Positions 63,453 through 64,000 of a stretch of DNA of 64,000 nt are shown one piece after another. The notes under the pieces were generated by a model. That model saw nothing but the letters and a program-made list of their open reading frames with translations. It was not told the DNA's origin and made no database searches. Location: the NCBI GenBank assembly GCA_025361065.1, contig JANYAY010000143.1, positions 5,972 through 69,971 of the forward strand. Reading direction: 5' to 3'. The position numbers and the translations under genes are program-made. The first letter of the stretch is position 1. Each line of letters opens with the position of its first letter. The DNA comes from Deltaproteobacteria bacterium. Its GTDB lineage: Bacteria > Desulfobacterota > Syntrophia > Syntrophales > Smithellaceae.

Positions 63453-63872
63453 ATGGAATTCTGGAAAGACGAAGCGGAACCGATCAAGGCATTTTTGGCG
63501 CTATTCGCGGCATCAGCCGCCGACCCCGAACTGTTCGAAGGCTTGAAAAAGGTCAATCAGCTCATCTGGTTCGACTATACCGAAAGCGGTCCCAATTGCT
63601 CCTTCTATGTTGATGCCCGGGGGGGGGAACTGAAATTCGGGGCGGGAAAACCGGCCGATCCGCCGGATCTGACTATGAGTCTTTCCGCTGATGATGCCCA
63701 TCGTTCCTGGTCCGACAAGCTCAATCCCGTCATGGCTATCACCCGCAAGAAGATCCGGGTGAAGGGTTCGGCGACGGGGCTGCTCAAACTTGCCCCCAAG
63801 CTCAAGAAGGTCGCCGCCATCTATCTGAAGGTACTCAAAGATCTGGGATGGGAAGATAAGATCATCAAATAA
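63453..63872 (+). CDS. SCP2 sterol-carrier-like domain protein
   Basis: 139 aa with a GGGAGGA RBS. The pattern DLTMSLSADDAHRSWSDKLNPVMAITRKKIRVKGSATGLLKL is typical of the SCP2 fold. Confidence 0.7.
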   Translation: MEFWKDEAEPIKAFLALFAASAADPELFEGLKKVNQLIWFDYTESGPNCSFYVDARGGELKFGAGKPADPPDLTMSLSADDAHRSWSDKLNPVMAITRKKIRVKGSATGLLKLAPKLKKVAAIYLKVLKDLGWEDKIIK

Positions 63873-63899
63873 CAGATGTCGGGTATGAAGACAGGGCGA

Positions 63900-63941
63900 A
63901 AGGCAAAAGGCTGAAGGTTGCGATGTTTGGCCTTTTGCCTT
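63900..63941 (+). terminator. 12-bp stem-loop after the operon (terminator candidate without a U-tract)
   Basis: AAGGCAAAAGGC (63900-63911) pairs with GCCTTTTGCCTT (63930-63941) around an 18-nt loop. Confidence 0.35.
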
Positions 63942-64000
63942 GGCGCCGGGAAAGTATGGAGAGAAACGAACCGGATGCACACGGCATCCGGATGATCTGA

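Noticed and set aside
1-64000. Looked for CRISPR arrays, rRNA, intact IS elements, integrases, and classical defence or toxin-antitoxin genes.
   Set aside because: I found no regularly spaced direct repeats, no rRNA-like sequence, and no transposase, recombinase, nuclease, helicase or reverse-transcriptase-like ORFs in the six-frame track. The only mobile-DNA signatures are the two short non-coding repeat families.

Overview
This 64-kb segment looks like the chromosome of an anaerobe of the Desulfobacterota/Syntrophia type. That assignment is inferred from gene content only. I call about 60 protein genes, 2 tRNAs and several gene remnants. I found no rRNA, no CRISPR array and no intact transposase or integrase.

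Layout:
- 1-12.2 kb: mixed accessory genes. These include a GNAT, a family-5 ABC binding protein, a DUF523/DUF1722 (YbgA-like) protein, PlsC, a lipocalin, a frameshifted Fe-S protein and a PAS-rich hybrid histidine kinase.
- 12.3-24.6 kb: a conserved housekeeping block. On the minus strand it carries yceD-rpmF-fabD-acpP-fabF-glyA-dCMP deaminase-nrdR-ribE-ribBA-ribH-nusB. On the plus strand it carries gltX-tRNA-Gln-tRNA-Glu.
- After the tRNAs: about 1 kb of non-coding DNA with phased A-tracts, followed by a compositionally mosaic accessory region.

Contents of the mosaic region, in order:
- A GC-rich DUF5661-like / PNPOx-like / RPH-architecture PEP-utilising phosphotransferase unit.
- A class II photolyase followed by a second DUF523 (TudS-like) gene.
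- A tightly coupled five-gene operon: RibD_C reductase, MDR dehydrogenase, Cys-less PTPS-like protein, GT4 glycosyltransferase and methyltransferase. I consider this the best candidate for an undescribed modified-pterin-type pathway.
- A sigma-54 activator and a sigma-54 promoter driving ABM, an ASST-like protein, a TRAP transporter, Lpd, a glutaredoxin/radical-SAM-like fusion and GcvH. This operon ends at a truncated gcvPA stub.
- A lower-GC islet with ankyrin-repeat and lipase-like lipoproteins.
- A CocE/NonD hydrolase, then a Liv-type ABC operon with duplicated binding proteins, an acyl-CoA ligase, an Fe-ADH and an SCP2 protein.

Two short hairpin-rich repeat families occur twice each.

All family assignments come from motif recognition by eye. 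Nothing was searched against a database.
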